A DNA stretch of 64,000 nucleotides from Eledone cirrhosa. Its lineage: Eukaryota. The notes under the pieces are model-generated. The model was not told the DNA's origin and made no database searches. It was given only the letters and a program-made list of their open reading frames with translations. Positions 61,516 to 64,000 of the stretch are shown here, piece by piece. Location: positions 183,086,001 through 183,150,000 of the forward strand of contig OZ024743.1 of NCBI GenBank assembly GCA_964016885.1, read 5' to 3'. Every line of letters starts with the position of its first letter. The stretch's first letter is position 1. The translations under genes were made by a program, and so were the position numbers.

Positions 61516-61706
61516 ATAATTGTTTCTACTTTTTGGCACAAGGCCAGCAATTACCCAGTGCATTACTGGTACTTTAATTTATCGACCCCGTAAGGATGAA
61601 AGGCAAAGTTAACCTCGGCGGGATTTGAACTCAGAATGGCAAAGACCGTAACTCTATGCGTCAAAGCATGGCGTCCGACCCTCTACCGATACTGCCAATC
61701 CATCGC
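61516..61706 (-). mobile_element. tRNA-SINE variant B
   Basis: Matches 57216-57406 at offset 4300. Confidence 0.9.
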
Positions 61707-64000
61707 ATATATGGTATAGATATATAATATATATAGTATAGACATATAATATATATAGTATAGACATATAATATATATGGTATAGACATATAATGTATAT
61801 AGTATAGACTTATAATATATATGGTATAGACATATAATATATATGGTATAGACATATAATGTATATAGTATAGACATATAATATATATGGTATAGACATA
61901 TAATGTATATAGTATAGACATATAATATATATGGTATAGACATGTAATATATATGGTATAGACATGTAATATATATGGTATAGACATATAATATATATGG
62001 TATAGACATATAATATATATGGTATAGACATATAATATATATGGTATAGACATATAATATATATGGTATAGACATATAATATATATGGTATAGACATATA
62101 ATATATATGGTATAGACATATAATATATATGGTATAGACATATAATATATATGGTATAGACATATAATATATATGGTATAGACATATAATATATATGGTA
62201 TAGACATATAATATATATGGTATAGACATATAATATATATGGTATAGACATATAATATATATGGTATAGACATATAATATATATGGTATAGACATATAAT
62301 ATATATGGTATAGACACATTATATATATGGTATAGACACATTATATATATGGTATAGACATATAATGTATATGGTATAGACATATAATATATATGGTATA
62401 GACATATAATATATATGGTATAGACATATAATATATATGGTATAGACATATAATATATATGGTATAGACATATAATATATATGGTATAGACATATAATGT
62501 ATATAGTATAGACATGTAATATATATGGTATTGACATATAATATATATGGTATAGACATATAATATATATAGTATAGACATATAATATATATGGTATAGA
62601 CATATAATATATATGGTATAGACATATAATATATATGGTATAGACATATAATATATATGGTATAGACATATAATATATATGGTATAGACATATAATATAT
62701 ATTGTATAGTCATATAATATATATGGTATAGACATATAATATATATGGTATAGACATATAATATATATGGTATAGACATATAATATATATAGTATAGACA
62801 TATAATGTATATGGTATAGACATATAATATATATGGTATAGACATATAATATATATGGTATAGACACATTATATATATATGGTATAGACATATAATATAT
62901 ATGGTATAGACATATAATGTATATAATATAGACATATAATATATATGGTATAGACATATAATATATATGGTATAGACATATAATATATATGGTATAGACA
63001 TATAATATATATGGTATAGTCATATAATATATATGGTATAGACATATAATATATATGGTATAGACATATAATATATATGGTATAGACATATAATATATAT
63101 AGTATAGACATATAATGTATATGGTATAGACATATAATATATATGGTATAGACATATAATATATATGGTATAGACATATAATATATATGGTATAGACACA
63201 TTATATATATATGGTATAGACATATAATATATATGGTATAGACATATAATGTATATAGTATAGACATATAATATATATGGTATAGACACATTATATATAT
63301 GGTATAGACATATAATATATATGGTATAGACATATAATATATATGCTATAGACATATAATATATATGGTATAGACATATAATATATATGGTATAGACATA
63401 TAATATATATGGTATAGACATATAATATATATGGTATAGACATATAATATATATGGTATAGACATATAATATATATAGTATAGACATATAATATATATGG
63501 TATAGACATACAATATATATGGTATAGACATATAATATATATGGTATAGACATATAATATATATGGTATAGACATATAATATATATGGTATAGACATATA
63601 ATATATATGGTTTAGACATATAATATATATGGTATAGACATATAATATATATGGTATAGACATATAATATATATGGTATAGACATATAATATATATGGTA
63701 TAGACATATAATATATATGGTATAGACATATAATATATATGGTATAGACATGTAATATATATGGTATTGACATATAATATATATGGTATAGACATATAAT
63801 GTATATAGTATAGACATGTAATATATATGGTATAGACATATAATGTATATAGTATAGACATATAATGTATATAGTATAGACATATAATATATATGGTATA
63901 GACATATAATATATATGGTATAGACATATAATGTATATAGTATAGACATATAATGTATATAGTATAGACATATAATGTATATAGTATAGACATATAATGT

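Larger units (their letters stand above)
43850..64000. repeat. 22-bp satellite ATATATGGTATAGACATATAAT (>20 kb, runs off the window)
   Basis: Hundreds of tandem units with recurrent A/G variants. Source of the MSIPYILYVYTIYIICLYHIYY pseudo-ORFs. Confidence 0.98.

Noticed and set aside
43799-63993. MSIPYILYVYTIYIICLYHIYY repeat ORFs
   Set aside because: The 22-bp unit cycles through all three stop-free frames, so there is no coding signal.

Overview
Eukaryotic, very repeat-rich, probably heterochromatic window with no supportable host gene. The SINE and LINE families resemble those of octopod cephalopods, which is inferred from recalled motifs and not from a search. Almost all long ORFs in the track are stop-free readings of microsatellites or satellites. 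Real coding remnants are decayed non-LTR retrotransposons: several RTE copies (two with a PHD finger inside the RT region), an R4/Dong-like RLE 3' end, a near-complete CR1 ORF2 and a CRE-like RLE fragment split by a hAT MITE. Also present are a young non-autonomous LTR element (tRNA-Trp PBS, 4-bp TSD), a probable Helitron enclosing a 27-bp satellite, a ~46-bp poly-C satellite, and a >20-kb 22-bp satellite carrying eight phased tRNA-SINE copies in a 4300-bp higher-order duplication. The most notable non-obvious signal is two unrelated families of minimal type-I hammerhead ribozymes (1810-2453, three copies; ~35884-35944) inside Penelope-like inverted/tandem pseudo-LTR structures. A 200-N gap lies at 6696-6895.
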